Source: Basidiobolus meristosporus CBS 931.73 (taxonomy: Eukaryota; Fungi; Basidiobolomycota). Taken from it: DNA of 64,000 nt. The stretch's first letter is position 1, and each line of letters starts with the position of its first letter. The notes beneath the pieces were generated by a model. The model was not told the origin of the DNA, searched no databases, and was given only the letters and a program-made list of their open reading frames with translations. The stretch is from contig MCFE01000476.1 of the NCBI GenBank assembly GCA_002104905.1, forward strand, positions 1-64,000, read 5' to 3'. A program made the translations under genes and the position numbers. Positions 47,775 to 62,139 of the stretch are shown in pieces.

Positions 47775-50700
47775 TGTTGAAATATTGGACTATTTGGTAT
47801 CTTTCTGCAGCTAAAAATTTACTTAACAATTCTGGACTAGTCTTGGTCACTGTGGGACTAATTTACAGCTCTAACTTTGCCACTTTCTTCACATCTATGA
47901 TCTTATGATTTTCCCCTATAGTCAGGATTAAATTAGCACCAATACTAACTACTATGTACTAGCCCTGAAACTGTTATAGAATGCTCCTAAATATTGAGAA
48001 ACCTTCCTTACTTAGTGCTACAGCTGTATTACTTCTACAAAGGTATAAAGACTGAGCTTCTTTATTAATAAACAACAGTTCAGCTATTATCACTATTTCT
48101 TTATAAGTTCCTTATATCCAAATCACTTCTTAAATTGCAATAGGTTATCTGCCCCAATTGCCTGAATCTATTCTAAAGATGACTTCTACCAGCAAACAGA
48201 TCAACACAAACAGCTTCCCTGTAAAGGAGAGGTTTGATGGAAAGAACTACAGACTTTGGAGAATCAAGATGCAGATCCACCTTGAGGAAAGGAAGCTTTG
48301 GATGATAGTAACAGGAAAAGAAGTTGAGCCCAAAGGAACAGTGGAAGAAGTGGAGAAGTTTCAAGAGAAGGAGAGAAAGACCTTTAATGCCATATGTATC
48401 AATGTGCAAGATTCCTTCATTGGACAAATCCATGCCTCAAATACTGCCAAAGCAGCATGGGAATCCTTAGAGAAGATCTTTAGGGCAAAGTCAGTATCAA
48501 GCAAGCTTTATTTGAAACAGAAGTTCTTCAACATGAGGAAAAAGCCAGATGATGACATGCTGCAACTCATTACCAAAATGGAGACACTTGCAGAAGAACT
48601 TTACAGGTTCAATGCTGGTGTAGATGATGAAGAAAGATACTCTGTCTGCTTTACAGCCTACCTGACAAGTATGAGCCACTCATACTTTCTCTTGAAAGCA
48701 GAGAAGACAACTTGACTTTAGACTATGTCAAAGGAAAACTTCTCCATGAAGAAATCAGTTGTAATGATCAAGCAGAGAAAATTGAAGATAATGCTTTATT
48801 CAGTTCAGAAAGGCACTCAGAAAAGAAAGGAAAACAACAAAACCAAAGAAAACCTAGTTGCTGCAACTTTTGTAAAAATACAGGACACTGGGCAAGAGAA
48901 TGCAAGAAGAAACAAGCAGACAATAAACAGAAACTAGAGCAGGCAAACCGTATAAATACTGATGCACAGTTATTTGTAACTATACAAGAGAGGGCAAGTA
49001 ACCACAGTAATGAATGGTATATTGACTCTGGAAAATCACAGCAAATTTGTGGTATAAAGGAGTGGTTCAGCAACTTAAAAGCTATTCCCATAAGAAAGGT
49101 TAATCTAGGAGATAACTCTGCTCCGGAAGCTACCTCAAGTGGGTCTATACACCTAAATATGGGCAATAGCTCAGGGGCAACTACAGCAAGACTCACCAAC
49201 ATACTCTATGTACCTGGAATAGCTAAGAACTTACTCTCAGTCAGTAAAGCAACTGCTCAGGGACCGAAATATGTCTTTACTAAGATGAGCTGCTCAATAT
49301 TGAGTGAGAATGGACAAAAATTAGCTCTGGGAATCAGAGAACACAATATATACAAGTTACAATGCAAGGTCATTGTACCTGAGTATGTCAACATTGCTGC
49401 AACTGATGAAACCAACTAGGAGACGTGGCATTGGAGGCTAGGGCACATTAGCAAACAGAAAATGAGCCAATTGGTGAAAAATCAGCTTGTTTTGGGCCTA
49501 AAATACTCAATTCCAATCAAATTGAATGTTTGTAAGGGATGTTCATATGGCAAACAAGCTAGGCATTGATTTAAAAGCTCAGAAGGCATCAATACCACCA
49601 AAATATTGGCTATTGTACACTCAGACATATGTGGCCCCATGAGAATACTGTCCTTTGGAGCCAAGAGATACTTTATGACATTTATTAGTGACAAAACAAG
49701 ATATACATGGGTGTAGTTCCTCAAAACAAAGGATGAAACTTTAGAGACGTTTAAGCACTTCTAGAACATGGCAGAAACACAAACTATGTGTGAATTGAAG
49801 GAACTACAAAGTGACAATGGAGGAGAATACTGCTCAAAGGAGTTTGCAAAATACTGCTTGTCTACTGGTATACTTCTACAGACCACAGCTCCTCATACTC
49901 CACAGCAAAATGGTGTAGCAGAACATGCAAATAGAATAATAGTAGAGATGGAAAGATCTGTGCTACATGATAAGGGAATGGATTACAAGTTCTGGGCTGA
50001 ATCTGTTGCTATTGCAGTATACATCAGAAACAGAGGCTCAACAACAGCACTGCGTGATTCTACACCCTTTGAAGCATATATAGGCAAAAAACCAGATCTC
50101 CAGCACCTCAAGATCTTTGGTAGTGATGTTATTTATCACATCCCTGACAAAAAACGCTCTAAGTTGGAACCAAAGAGTAGGAAAGGGATCTTTCTTGATT
50201 ATTGTGAAGATATTAAAGGGAATAGAGTGTATGACGGCAAAATTTGGAAGCTGATCAAAAGCAGGGATGCTGTATTTAAGGAGAATTCAGATCAGAAAGC
50301 CACAGAAATCATTGGTCAGCAGCCTGATAATGCAATCAACACTAATGAAGAAGATACGTACCAAATCCAGCCAGACATGAAAGATACTTCTACCAGTTCC
50401 CAATCAGTACAGATTATCCCAGTTAGGAGATCTACCAAAATAAGAGATGCCCCTGGATCCTGGTGGCAGACATACAATGATCATAAAGAAGCTTATATTG
50501 CCTTATGTGCAAATCCTCAGATTCTGGAAAAGTCAATGCAAAGTCCAGATGCTACTAAGTGGCAACAAGCCATGCAGGAGGAGTACCAATCACTTATCAA
50601 GGCAAAAACATGGGAACTGGTAGATTTACCAAATAGGAGAAAGCCAATAGGATGTAGATGGGTCTATAGGATCAAGTTAACCTGAAATGGTGCCATTGAT

Positions 50701-52826
50701 AAGTACAAGGCTAGATTGGTGGCTAAAGGCTATTCATAGGTCCAGAGACTAGACTTTTAGGAAACATATGCTCCGGTTGCCAAGTTTAACCCTATTAGAA
50801 CAGTTCTAGCCCTGGCAGCTGTACATAGTCTAGATCTACACCAAATGGACATCAAAACAGCCTTTCTGAATGGGGACTTGCAAGAAACTATATATATGGA
50901 GCAACCAGAAGGCTTTACCAATCCAAAGGTACCCCATAAGGTGTGCAAACTTAGAAAATCACTGTATGGGCTTAAGCAGGCACCTAGAGCAAGGTTTAAC
51001 AAGATTGCCAGATATCTAGAGGAAATTGGGTTCTCTTGTAGCACTGCAGATCACAGTATATGTGAAACAGCTCAAAAGGGTGTGATCATCCTAGTTCTTT
51101 ATGTGGATGACCTAATTGTAGCTTCAAGTGACCAAGAGGCACTTAAACAGTCAAAATCAGATCTCTTCAGCAAGCTTGAGATGAAAGATCTTGGAAAATT
51201 GGGCTAATTTCTTGGAATTAAGGTCAAATTTGACATACCTACGCAACAATTGTGCTGAATCAGTCTACGTACAGCAGGGATATTCTTAGATGCTTCAAAA
51301 TGGAAAATAGCAAACCTGCAGCTACCCGTATGGACAATAACCTGAAATTAAGCAAATCTCAGCCAGTTATAGATGAAAACGGCTCAAATATGGACTAAAC
51401 CTTTCCTTATCAATCAGCGGTTGGTAGCCCAATGTACTTGATGGTGTCTACACGTCCAGATATTGCAGTGGCAGTTGGAATAGTCAGTCAACTCATGCAG
51501 AATTTGTTGCAATTTAAGAAGTGATTTGGATATAAGGAACTTATCAAGAAATAGTGATAATAGTTGAACTGTTGTTTATTCATAAAGAAGCTCAGTATTT
51601 ATACCTTTGTAGAAGTAATACAGCTGCAACACTAAGTAGGGAGGGTTTCTCAATATTCAGGAGCATTCTGTAACAGTTTCAGGGTTAGTACATAACGTTT
51701 GGTAATAGTGCTAATTTGATCCTGACTATAGGGGAATAATCATAAGATCATATATCTGGAGAAAGTGGCGAAGTTAAGGCAGTAAATGAGTCCTACAGTG
51801 ACTAAGACTAGCCTAGAATTGTTAAGTAAATTTTTAGCTGCTGAATGATACCAAATAGTCCAATATTTCAACAGAATTATGGATCAGATCAAATTGCACC
51901 AGTTAAGCAGATTTTCAGATATCTACAAGGTACCATAAATATGGTACACAAATACTCTGGAACAGCTAATAGGCAAATTTTTGATGGTTATAGTGATTCA
52001 GATTGGGGTAGGGATCTGATTGACAGATGCTCTACCATAGGCTATGTATTTCTTTATGCTGGAGCAGCTATTACTTGGAATTGCAAGAAACAACCAACTG
52101 TTGCCCTATCTACAACTGAAGCCAAATATATGGCTGCATGTCAAGCAACTAAGGAGGCTATATGGCTACAAAAATTATCCAAAGACTTAGGTTCTAATTC
52201 AGATGAACCAACATGTATTTACTAGGATAATCACAGTTGTATTTCATTAGCTAGAAATCCTACTAATCATGCCAGAACTAAGCACATTGATATAAAGCAT
52301 CACTTTGTGAGGGAAGCTGTAAAAAATAACTTAGTAGAGTAAGTGTACTGCCCAACTAACAAGATGGTGGCAGATATATTGACAAAGTACTAACTAGGCC
52401 ACAATTTGAGAACCTAAGAGAGTAATTAGGATTGAGAAATTATTTAGTTGAGGGGGAGTGTTGAAATATTGAACTATTTGGTATCATTCTGCAGCTAAAG
52501 ATTTACTTGACAATTCTGGACTAGTCTTGGTCACTGTGGGACTAATTTACAGCTCTAACTTTGCCACTTTCTTCACATCTATGATCTTATGATTTTCCCC
52601 TATAGTCAGGATTAAATTAGCACCAATACTAACTACTATGTACTAGCCCTGAAACTGTTATAGAATACTCCTAAAGAATGAGAAACCCTCCTTACTTAGT
52701 GTTACAGCTGTATTACTTCTACAAAGGTATAAAGACTGAGCTTCTTTACTAATAAGCAACAGTTCAACTATTATTGCTATTTCTTGATAAGTTCAATATA
52801 TCCAAATCACTTCTTAAATTGCAACA
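47775..52826 (+). mobile_element. Copia-C element (LTRs 47775-48142 and 52459-52826), decayed gag-pol
   Basis: PBS GGTTATCTGCCC, PPT AGTTGAGGGGGAG; motifs CNFCKNTGHWAREC, WYIDSG, LQSDNGGEY, MDIKTAFLNG, LYVDDL, GYSDSDWG. Confidence 0.93.
51505..51873 (-). repeat. Copia-C solo LTR nested antisense in Copia-C RT, TSD GAATT
   Basis: GAATT at 51500-51504 and 51874-51878. Confidence 0.93.
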
Positions 52827-55789
52827 TGCTTTGCCAAGTAAGCCTCCAATAGCTTGGTCATGAAGTTTGCTCTCTATTCAATAGAATCTCTTCAGGGCAT
52901 CCAAACCTCATAAAGATCTCTTGATCAATGAAACTGTCAACTGCTTGCTCACTGGCCACAGGTACCAGTTCAGCAATTCTCTGAGGTTGGCCTTGGTTGA
53001 TTTGCAATTTGGGCATATTTCACTAGCTTCTCAATATCTTGTTTCATTCTCTGCCACAATGTACTGGCTTTCACAAGGCTAAAGGTTCCTTTAATTCCAA
53101 GATATCATGTCCATTATGTAACTGATGTATAAAGCCCAGGCAAGCAACATAAGGATAATGGGCAATAAGCCTTCCATCAACAATTTGGTAGAATGTTTCA
53201 TCCTGTACTACAAATTTGCGGGCTTCATCCTGGATTATTTTTTGATCTGTTCATCTGCCTCATTATAAATGGCTTGGTTCTTGAAGTATTTGGGTAATAA
53301 GTTAGGCTGCTCTGATTCATGCACTCAGTTGAGTTGTGCAACTTATTCTAGTCTTGATAAAACATCAGCAACTGTTGTGTTTTTCCCTGGGCATTTGACT
53401 ATCTCAAAGTCAATTTGCTGCTTCATCTTGTCATTCTTCTGGATAATAGCTTTGTAGTAAATATATACTTGAGTGAGGTGTGATCAGTCTTCACAGTGGG
53501 CTTGACTCCTTCAATGTGGTATCTCCATGTCTTCAAGCAGTGCACTATGGCAAGCATCTTCTTCTCATGCACTGGATAGTCTTGCTCTGCTGAGCTCAAT
53601 TTCTTGTACTCAGAGGCACCTGAGTAGTTCTTTCCCTCATGTTCTTGGCTCAGTATTCCACCAATTGCATAATCTGAAGCATCTGTGCACAGAATAAACC
53701 CTTTTCTGAAGTCTGGGATTATTAAGCTTTGCAGCTGAGCAAGTTCATTTTTGAGAGTCTGTAAGACAATTGCACAGGCTAAGCTCCACTTTAAGGTGCT
53801 ACCTTTCTTCAGATCTTAGTTGAAGGGCCTGCAATACTTGCAAAAGACTTAACAAATTTCCAATAATAGGAAACCATTCCAAGGAACAATCTGAGATCTA
53901 ATATGCTATGGGGTTGCTTTAGATTCTTGAAACTTTCACCCTTCTTGGGGCCTGAGGTCACTCCTGTGATGTTCACTATGTGTCCCAGGTACTCAACATG
54001 TTTCTCCAAGAATTCTCAATTTGCTAACTTGCCATACAGCTTGTTCTCTCTTAGCTTATGCAAGAGCTTTTCAATGTGTACCAAGTGTTCCTATTCTTTC
54101 TTGCTCTATAGTAATAGGTTGTCTAGGTAGATTACCACAAACTTGTCCATGTACTTATGGAAGACTGTTGCATCAAAGTCATGAATGTTGCAGGGGCATT
54201 GGTAAGGCCAAAACTCACTAGTAAGACTTGTAATACACATATCTGGTCCTGATGTGGACCAACAGATGTCTTCTCATTTCACCCTAAACTGGTTGTATCC
54301 TTAGTTGAGGTCAATCTTGCTGAATATGGTGACTGAATTGAGTTGGTTAAAAAGCTCATCAATCCAGAGCACTGGGTACTTATTTTTTGCGGTAACTGAG
54401 TTGAGGGCTCTGTAGTCAATGTACATCCAGAGTGTTCCATCCTTCTTTATCTATGGGTAATGGTGATCCCCATGGTGACTTGCTGGGACTGCCATAGCCT
54501 TGCTCCAATAATTGACCTTTTTGTCTCCTCATCTTTTCCAACTTCAATGGACTTAACTGTGCAGTGTGTCTTACTCATTGGGGGGCTATCTCCTGTGTCA
54601 ATGTCATGGTCTATGTCTCTGACTGATGGTAGGCCTCTAAGTTCATCTAGAAACACAAGTGAGGACTCCTTCAAAAGAGCTTGGACCTCCTGGTGTGCTG
54701 GTGTAGAGGAATACTCCTGCAATACCATCATGAGGAACATTTGAATACATTTTCTAAGTGCCCCCCAGAACTGTGTCTTGCTAAGTTCACTTGTTTCAGA
54801 CACAATTCAATTGACCAGCTTAAAGTCTGGGCTAGCAGGTAATGGCTCATAGGTATTGTTGCCCTCCTGAATCTGAACTCTTTCAATTGGTCCAAGTAGA
54901 CATCTATATTGATACATGTACTCTTGAACCATTCCTTTTAGTCTGTGTGTCTTCAGCTTCCTTCTTAGCAGTATTTGCTGATGTGGGGTTTCAAAAGCAT
55001 CCTGAATTTCCAGCACAAACTCATCCCAGATAGAGATAGTAGCTCATCCCATTGTGGAGCTGGCCTGATCTTTTGTGGCACCACTGTAAAGCCACCTCTG
55101 TAAAGTAGGAAGTTGTGTAACATAAATTTCTCTGGGGAAATTCCCTTAGCCTTAAAAGCTTCTTCAATCTGGCAGAGCCAGGCTCCCAGGTTTCCATTTA
55201 CTCTGCCATAGTACTGGTTGACCTTAGCACAAGAGTTGCTCTTGATGGGGTTTTGCTGGCTCTGGGCCATGATGGTCATTCCCTATTGCTGCTGGATAAG
55301 AATCTGTAGTAACTGTGGCTGCATATTATTCTTCCATTGTTGATTTTCTAACATCTTGAGGAAAACTTCTTCTTTCTTCAGGGGGGAGGTTTCTGATTAT
55401 TGCTGCTACCAATGTTACAAGTCTTAATATAGGAGTTTTCAAGTAATTGCAAGTTTAGTTAGTATTGCATTTGCTAAAACTTGAACAGATCTTTATTGAG
55501 GTTCCAGCAGCTACTCATATACAATTTGTCAGATCAATTGCTGACCAATTGTATTTCATAATGTAAGTTGTGGCTGACAATGCATTTAATTGCACCATTG
55601 TCACCCAATGAGATCCAATTTAATATATCAATTTCTGTCCGGTAAGGATTAGCTGATTCATCTGCTGACCAATACTACGGATTTGATAGACAACAATAAT
55701 ATATTGAGAAGCTAAACATAAAACTAATTTATTTGATTAACTTGGTCTAACTTAAACATTGAAGCAGTAGATCATAGCATATGTTTGCC

Positions 55790-57762
55790 TCAGGAGCATC
55801 ATATGAGCATATGCCAGAGCAATTTGCCCTGTAAGCTGAAATTAACTTCAAACCCACCAAATCAACTTCAACTACAACAGCTGATGGGGACTCTTACACA
55901 GATAACCTTATGGCTCAGCCAGTAAGAATGAAGATCAATGACTATGAAGTGTACCCACAGGCCTGCATAAATGAGAACAGCAGGTTTGACCTTGCACCTG
56001 GGAAACTTGACTATTCTGTGGTATCTATCAATCAACTGCATAACACATGCCATGCAGATCCAAAAAGGCAATTAAAGTTATGAGCTCCTACCTGCCAGAC
56101 TGGACTTCACCTTGGTCAATTCCAGTGTGTGTGAAACAAGTAGCTTAACAATACACAGATCTGTGGAGCACTTAGAAAAGGTATGCAGATGTTTTCATAT
56201 ATATACTGCTGGAGAATTCCTGTACTCCAGTATCTCAGAAGGTCCAGACTCTTTTGAAGGAATTTTCAGATGTGTTTCCAGATGAGCTTTTTAGCCTACC
56301 ATCCAACAGAAACATGGATCATACCATTGACACAGGAAATAGCCCTCTAGTAAGCAAGATACCTTACAGAATGAGTACAGAGTTGCAAGAGACAAAGAGA
56401 CAAATAGATCAGTTACTGGAGCAAGGATACATCAAACTCAGCAAGTCACCTTGGTGAGCACCAGTTTCTTTTGTGAAGAAGAAGGATGGAATACTTTAGA
56501 TGTGCTTTGACTGCAGGGTGCACAACTCAGTTACTATAAAGAATAAGTACTCCATACCTTGGACTGATGAGCTTTTGGACCAACTCAATGCAGCCACCAT
56601 ATTCAGCAAGATTGACCTCATGTCAGGATACAACCAGTTTAGGGTGAAACTAGAAGACATCCCTGAGACTGCATTCAGAACCAGATATACACACTACAAG
56701 TACTTAGTTGTGAGTTTTGGCCCACCAATGCCCTTGCAATAGTTGTGACCTTTATGCAAGCCATCTTCCATCAGTACTTACACAAGTTTGAGGTAGTCTA
56801 CCTAGATGATATTGAAATATTGGACTATTTGGTATCATTCAGCAGCTAGAAATTTACTTAACAATTCTAGACTAGTCTTAGTCACTGTAGGACTCATTTA
56901 CTGCCTTAACTTTGCCACTTTCTCCAGATATATGATCTTATGATTATTCCCCTATAGTCAGGATCAAATTAGCACTATTACCAAACATTATGTACTAACC
57001 CTGAAACTGTTACAGAATGCTCCTGAATATTGAGAAACCCTCCCTACTTAGTGTTGCAGCTGTATTACTTCTACAAAGGTATAAATACTGAGCTTCTTTA
57101 TGAATAAACAACAGTTCAACTATTATCACTATTTCTTGATAAGTTCCTTATATGCAAATCACTTCTTAAATTGCAACAGATGACGTGTTGATATACAGCA
57201 AGACAGAAGAGGACCACTGGGTACTCATTGAAAAGGTCTTAAAGAAGCTAATAGAGAACAAGCTATATGGCAAGCTACCAAAGTGTCCATTTGTAAAGGA
57301 GCATGTTGAATACCAAGGACATACATTGACTAGCACAGGAGTGACCCTAGGCCCCAGGAAGATTGTAATCATCAGGAATCTGAAGCAGCCCCATTGCATA
57401 TTAGTACTCATATTGTTCCTTGAAATGGCTTGCTATTATTGGAGATTTGTCAAGTCCTTTGCAAGTATTGCAGCCCTTTAACTAAAATCTCAAGAAAGAT
57501 GGCACCCTGAAGTGAGACATAGCCTGTGAGACTGTCTTTCAGACTCTTAAAAATGAACTTGCTAAGCCACCAAGCTTAAGAGTCCCAGACTTCAGAAAGG
57601 AGTTTACTCTGTGCACAGATGCTTCAGATTATGCAACTGGTGGAATACCAAGGCAGGAATATAAGGGAATGCACTACCCAGTTGCTTCTGAGTTTAAGAA
57701 GCTGGACTCAACAGAACAAAACTATCCAGTGCATGAGAAGGGGATGCTTGCCACAATACAAT
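55790..57762 (+). mobile_element. Decayed Ty3/gypsy fragment G2 (same family as G1): PR-RT-RNase H
   Basis: [45 protein letters not shown]|DVLIYS, NYPVHEKG. Confidence 0.88.
56810..57178 (+). repeat. Copia-C solo LTR, TSD GATGA, inserted in the gypsy RT YLDD codons
   Basis: GATGA at 56805-56809 and 57179-57183. Confidence 0.92.
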
Positions 57763-58940
57763 AGACTTGTTCCATCATACTGTGCTAGGGTACACTGCAC
57801 AATTCACCGTTTCTAAGAACAATTGGGTGCAATATTGTAGCTACCAGTAGCCAGGATTGCTCTTGGACAATTTTGCACCATGTGGGACAGTCCTGCTCAC
57901 TATGGCACAGTTGGACACTATGAGGTTGGCACAGATGATTGCACCAACTGGTAATGGCTGCATTACATGCACAATTGGATACCACTATTATGGTCAATAA
58001 ACTCCAATATTTTGATATGTTTCTTTAATGTAAATGGAAGTAAATGTGTATCACACTACAAACTACACCAGTACTTACCATTTTGGCTCCCATCACTCCA
58101 ATTGGATAGTATATCAATGCTTAATTAGTCCAAAAGTATCCTGAAGCTGTCAGCCCCTAATTGGCTCTTTGACCAATACACAGGCTACCTGATTTGCAAG
58201 CAAATATTCCACTTTGTTCATTCAGCAAGTAATTCCCTGATCCTGGTGATTGGATAAAGTGTCATAGCTAGCACGCAACCAATCAGATATGTCCAAAACA
58301 GATAAAATGGCTGCACTGGTGTTACAGATGATGTATATATATGCAGGGTGTTTATTTATTGGGGTTCTGGCTCAAATTTGAAATGACCTGGATTTTATTT
58401 ATATCAAAAATTCAGTGACCACACATTTGCAATGGCTTAATTTGGATTGCAAAAAGAAATGTGTTGATTGGATTATGACCAACAATAGCAATTCAATGCA
58501 ATAGCATAATCTTCTCCTAGGTTTTCTTCACATAGAGATTATGTTGAAATACTAGAGAGATATATTGGAAGTGAATTGGAGAATTAGAAGATTTACATGA
58601 TATTCACTTGATGTTTTATTGAGTTGCAACACAGTATTTATACTTATTGCAGAACTACATAAATGTGACTACTTGGTCATTATCAGGGGAGTCTCAGGAG
58701 TGCATGTGCCAAGTTTCAGCTCATTTGGACAAGTTTTAGATTTTCCTAAAATTCTGTACTTCTCTATTTCCTAATAATTAGTAAATATCTTACAAACTAA
58801 TTTCCATGTTGATAATCTGAAATATATCAGTTCACTAAGTGCTAGCTCATAATATATTAATAATTAGGTGGACTCCGAATTATTTCAACAGATTACTGCT
58901 GAAGCATTTGGTAGTGATTCACTTTGCACACCTAAACTAT
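57763..58940. mobile_element. Decayed left part of a second PHIS element copy
   Basis: AAT then AGACTTGTTCCATC; collinear with 23395-24215 with CpGs mostly lost; right end not found. Confidence 0.88.
58542..58890 (-). repeat. Copia-D solo LTR (349 bp), TSD GATTA
   Basis: TGTTGAAATA...TATTTCAACA; GATTA on both sides. Confidence 0.92.
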
Positions 58941-59523
58941 TTTTTGATGGTCTTTGCATGGTGCTCTGATGGGATTATCATAATAATTTCTCATAGAGTA
59001 GTTTGTTGTTGACTACAGGGGAATAATCACAGGATGATAGAGATGAAATAGAGTGCAAAGTTGGGGCTGTAAATCAGTCCCACTGCGGCTGAGACTAGTC
59101 CTGAATTGCAAAGTAAATTTTTAGCTGCTGAATGATACCAAATAATCCAATATGCTGTAACTTTGTAGAGATTCTCATTACCTACTTGATTAAGAGCCTG
59201 AGGAGTCTGCATTATTACCATCAGTGGGAACACTGTCAACATGGCCTTTTTTGGATGTAGCCCTTCTTGTTGCACTGAATATCATAGCAGGCTGTTGCAA
59301 AATGCTCTTCTTCTTTCATGTGTGTTGGGTTTGCACTGGAACAACGCAAATTTATTTGATTGTTTTGGCAGCGTATATACGGAAGCTAGTCATACCAAAA
59401 GGGAAATACCATTTTTATATGTGTGTATTTGCTGCCACAACTCTATCTATAATATTCATGGTAGGGGGTTATCATTGAATCTTTCATGCATATAGGCATA
59501 CTGTCTTTTAAGGTATTGTTTCA

Positions 59524-61952
59524 CCCTGTGCAAATAGTATGGTTCCGCAGGTGGACCCAATTTATGTCTGCTGTCAGGATCCAAGAGTGAGGCTGTCATA
59601 ATTTCAGCAGCCTGGAATCCTCAACCCTCTGAACAGTCTTGTGGCAGGATTGTGATGGCAATTTGCTGTCCTCACTTCTAAATTTCAGGCAGTAACTTGG
59701 TGGTGTCTTTTGATGGAACATACATTGCATTCAGGTAGCTTTAATGTAGTCAACATTTATTTCAACAGCTATAACTGGCTAATACTTGCATTTGCCTTGT
59801 ATGGTAAAGACTTGACAGTGCTATCATAGTCTTGATGTAGACCTCTACTGACATTATGATAGTATGGCAACCTATAGCTGGTTCTGTATAGTGCTACAAT
59901 ACCTTTTTACCAAATGGCATTTTATTTTTCTACCTCTCCTTGCACCTTTCATTTATTTCACTACATAATCATGCCTCTTGATTTGCTTATTTACTGCTAC
60001 CATGGGTATTCCACAAGTAGATTGAGTCAGTTAAAGCTATGGCCTCCTGCTGGCAAACATGCAACTGACACAATTTCATCCCCTTAACTTACAGCTTTTC
60101 AATATGATACTTGCCAAGTTGCCAAGTAGTGTCTAGTACACCAACACCTCAAGGCCAGCATACTATGGGACTATTGGGAGCTCACGGCCAAGCTGAATGT
60201 GCTTGACTTGCTCCATGAGCATTATCCTGGACTTAAACAGGTAAATGGTTTTTGGGCCAGCAGTGGTATGCTAAGAAAGTATCTCAAGAGTATCAGAAAC
60301 TACTGAAGGCATAAGAACAAGGGTGCCATGGCTAAAAACCAGCAGCTCCTTAAAGAGCTTGTTACATGCAGGGCTGAAAGCTCCATATAAGTGGCAAAAA
60401 AATGTTGGGTTGCCAGAAGATTGCCATTGATGGCAAGCAGGCAGAAACGGATGCGTCAGTGCAGCATTGATAAAGGAAAAAACATAGCTCAATATAAGAA
60501 GCACTCAGTCAAAGTAGCAGTGAAGGACCTTGCAGTGATAAAAACCTGCAGCTTTCTCAGGAGCCTGTCAAAAACAGGGCTGAATGCTCAAATCAAGTGG
60601 CAAAGAAATGTCAGGTTGCCAGGAGAGTGCCATTCAGAGACACATGTATCAGTGCAGCATTTAGCATAGTTCTATATAAGAAGCACTCAGTTACAGTGGC
60701 TGTGAAGGAGCTGAGTGCAATACAGTCCTATGGCTTTCTCAGCAGCCTGACACAAGCAGGACTGAAAGCTCTAAATGTGTGGCAAAGAAACGTCAGGTTG
60801 CTGGGAGAGGGATGGCAAGGGACAAGCAGGCAAAAATGAATGCACCTATGCAGCATGCTTCAAGGAGGAAATGTGGTACAATTCAAGAAGCACTATGTCA
60901 AAGTAGTATTAGAAAACCTCACAGTGATAAAGGTACAGGTTAAGAGAGAGTGTCTACCCAGGCCAGAGACAGGGAGTCATGAGAAAAAGCTGCAGCTCTC
61001 ACCAATTAACACTGTCAGCCCAGAACAGGATGAATACCATTAAGCCAAGAAGAGTTACCAACAAGAAAACAGCCGTTTTTTCAAGAGCCAAAAGTGCAGT
61101 CAGTTGAGCTACACTCCAGTGAGGTAGATGAGCTTGCAGAGAAAAGCAGATTGTCTACCACTGCCTTCATGTCCTCCATTGAACACAGAGTGTAGATCCC
61201 ACTGACAGACAAAGCAACAGCATCAAGAGCTTAAAGACTATCACAATGCCTACAGAGTGAAATCTAGAATATTAATACTCACACCAAGAGGCTGCAGCAC
61301 TTCTTCTAGAGCAGGCTCAAGAAAATGAACTTGAACATTGCATGACTTATTGCAAAGACTGGCAAATGAGGTTCTAGACCTTGCAGTGCTGGCTAAAGAC
61401 CAGGACATATGGGAATCAGTGAATGAAGAGTGGCACAAAGTTTTAGGGTTTGCGCCAAAGTCATGGAAAAAGGGCATTGCAGTAGAAATGCTTTTGAGTG
61501 GTGGATTTAAATGGAATACTTGATGAGTGTGGGGCTGGGCTTAGTATTAGTGTTGGGTATAGGGACTTATATAGGTCAGTATCATTGGCAATTGAAGTTC
61601 AAAAGAAGCTTCAATGGAAATAAACCAAATTGTATGCATAAAAAGTAAGAGAATTGGGTGAGTTAGGTAGAAAGGACTATGGAAAAGAGGCAGTAGCCAA
61701 TCAATTGACACAAATGTAGGAGGTTACTTCTTGTCTGTGATCAGAAAGTGAGAGAGCTGGCAGAGTATTAACTAAAGGCCACTTTTCAATTGTTGCAACA
61801 AAGAATTTTGACTAAGCTTTTTGTAAAATCTAGGGTTCAATGATTTTTTATGGGCTTTCCGCAGTGTTCAGATAGGATCAATACCTCTTGGTGATGGGAT
61901 TTTCATTTTGTGACAGCCTTTTGATGGGATTTTCACAGTTATTTCTCATGGG
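59524..61952. mobile_element. Internally deleted CMC copy 3 (left end, tnp2 tail, ORF-Y, right end)
   Basis: Decayed termini CCCTGTGCAAA and TTTCTCATGGG; collinear with the ends of copy 2. Confidence 0.65.
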
Positions 61953-62139
61953 GGCGCTTACCTAATTTGAATATGATTGCATATCACAAAGTTGTGTAAC
62001 ACATGGTATATCCAATGCTGGTGACTAATCACAATGAGCAATACATGGGATAATACTGATAATATTGGCAGAGAATGGGAGAATTCTGATCAAGTTAAAT
62101 ATCAGCAGGCTTGCTAGAACTGCTATGTAAATAAACTTG

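Larger units (their letters stand above)
45393..55771 (-). mobile_element. Decayed Ty3/gypsy element(s) G1 (LTRs about 45393-45752 and 55413-55771), chimeric
   Basis: PBS TGGTAGCAGC (minus strand, 55402-55411), purine tract next to the left LTR; RT ([22 protein letters not shown]), RNase H (LCTDAS-like), integrase (PFERWGID) fragments. Confidence 0.85.
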
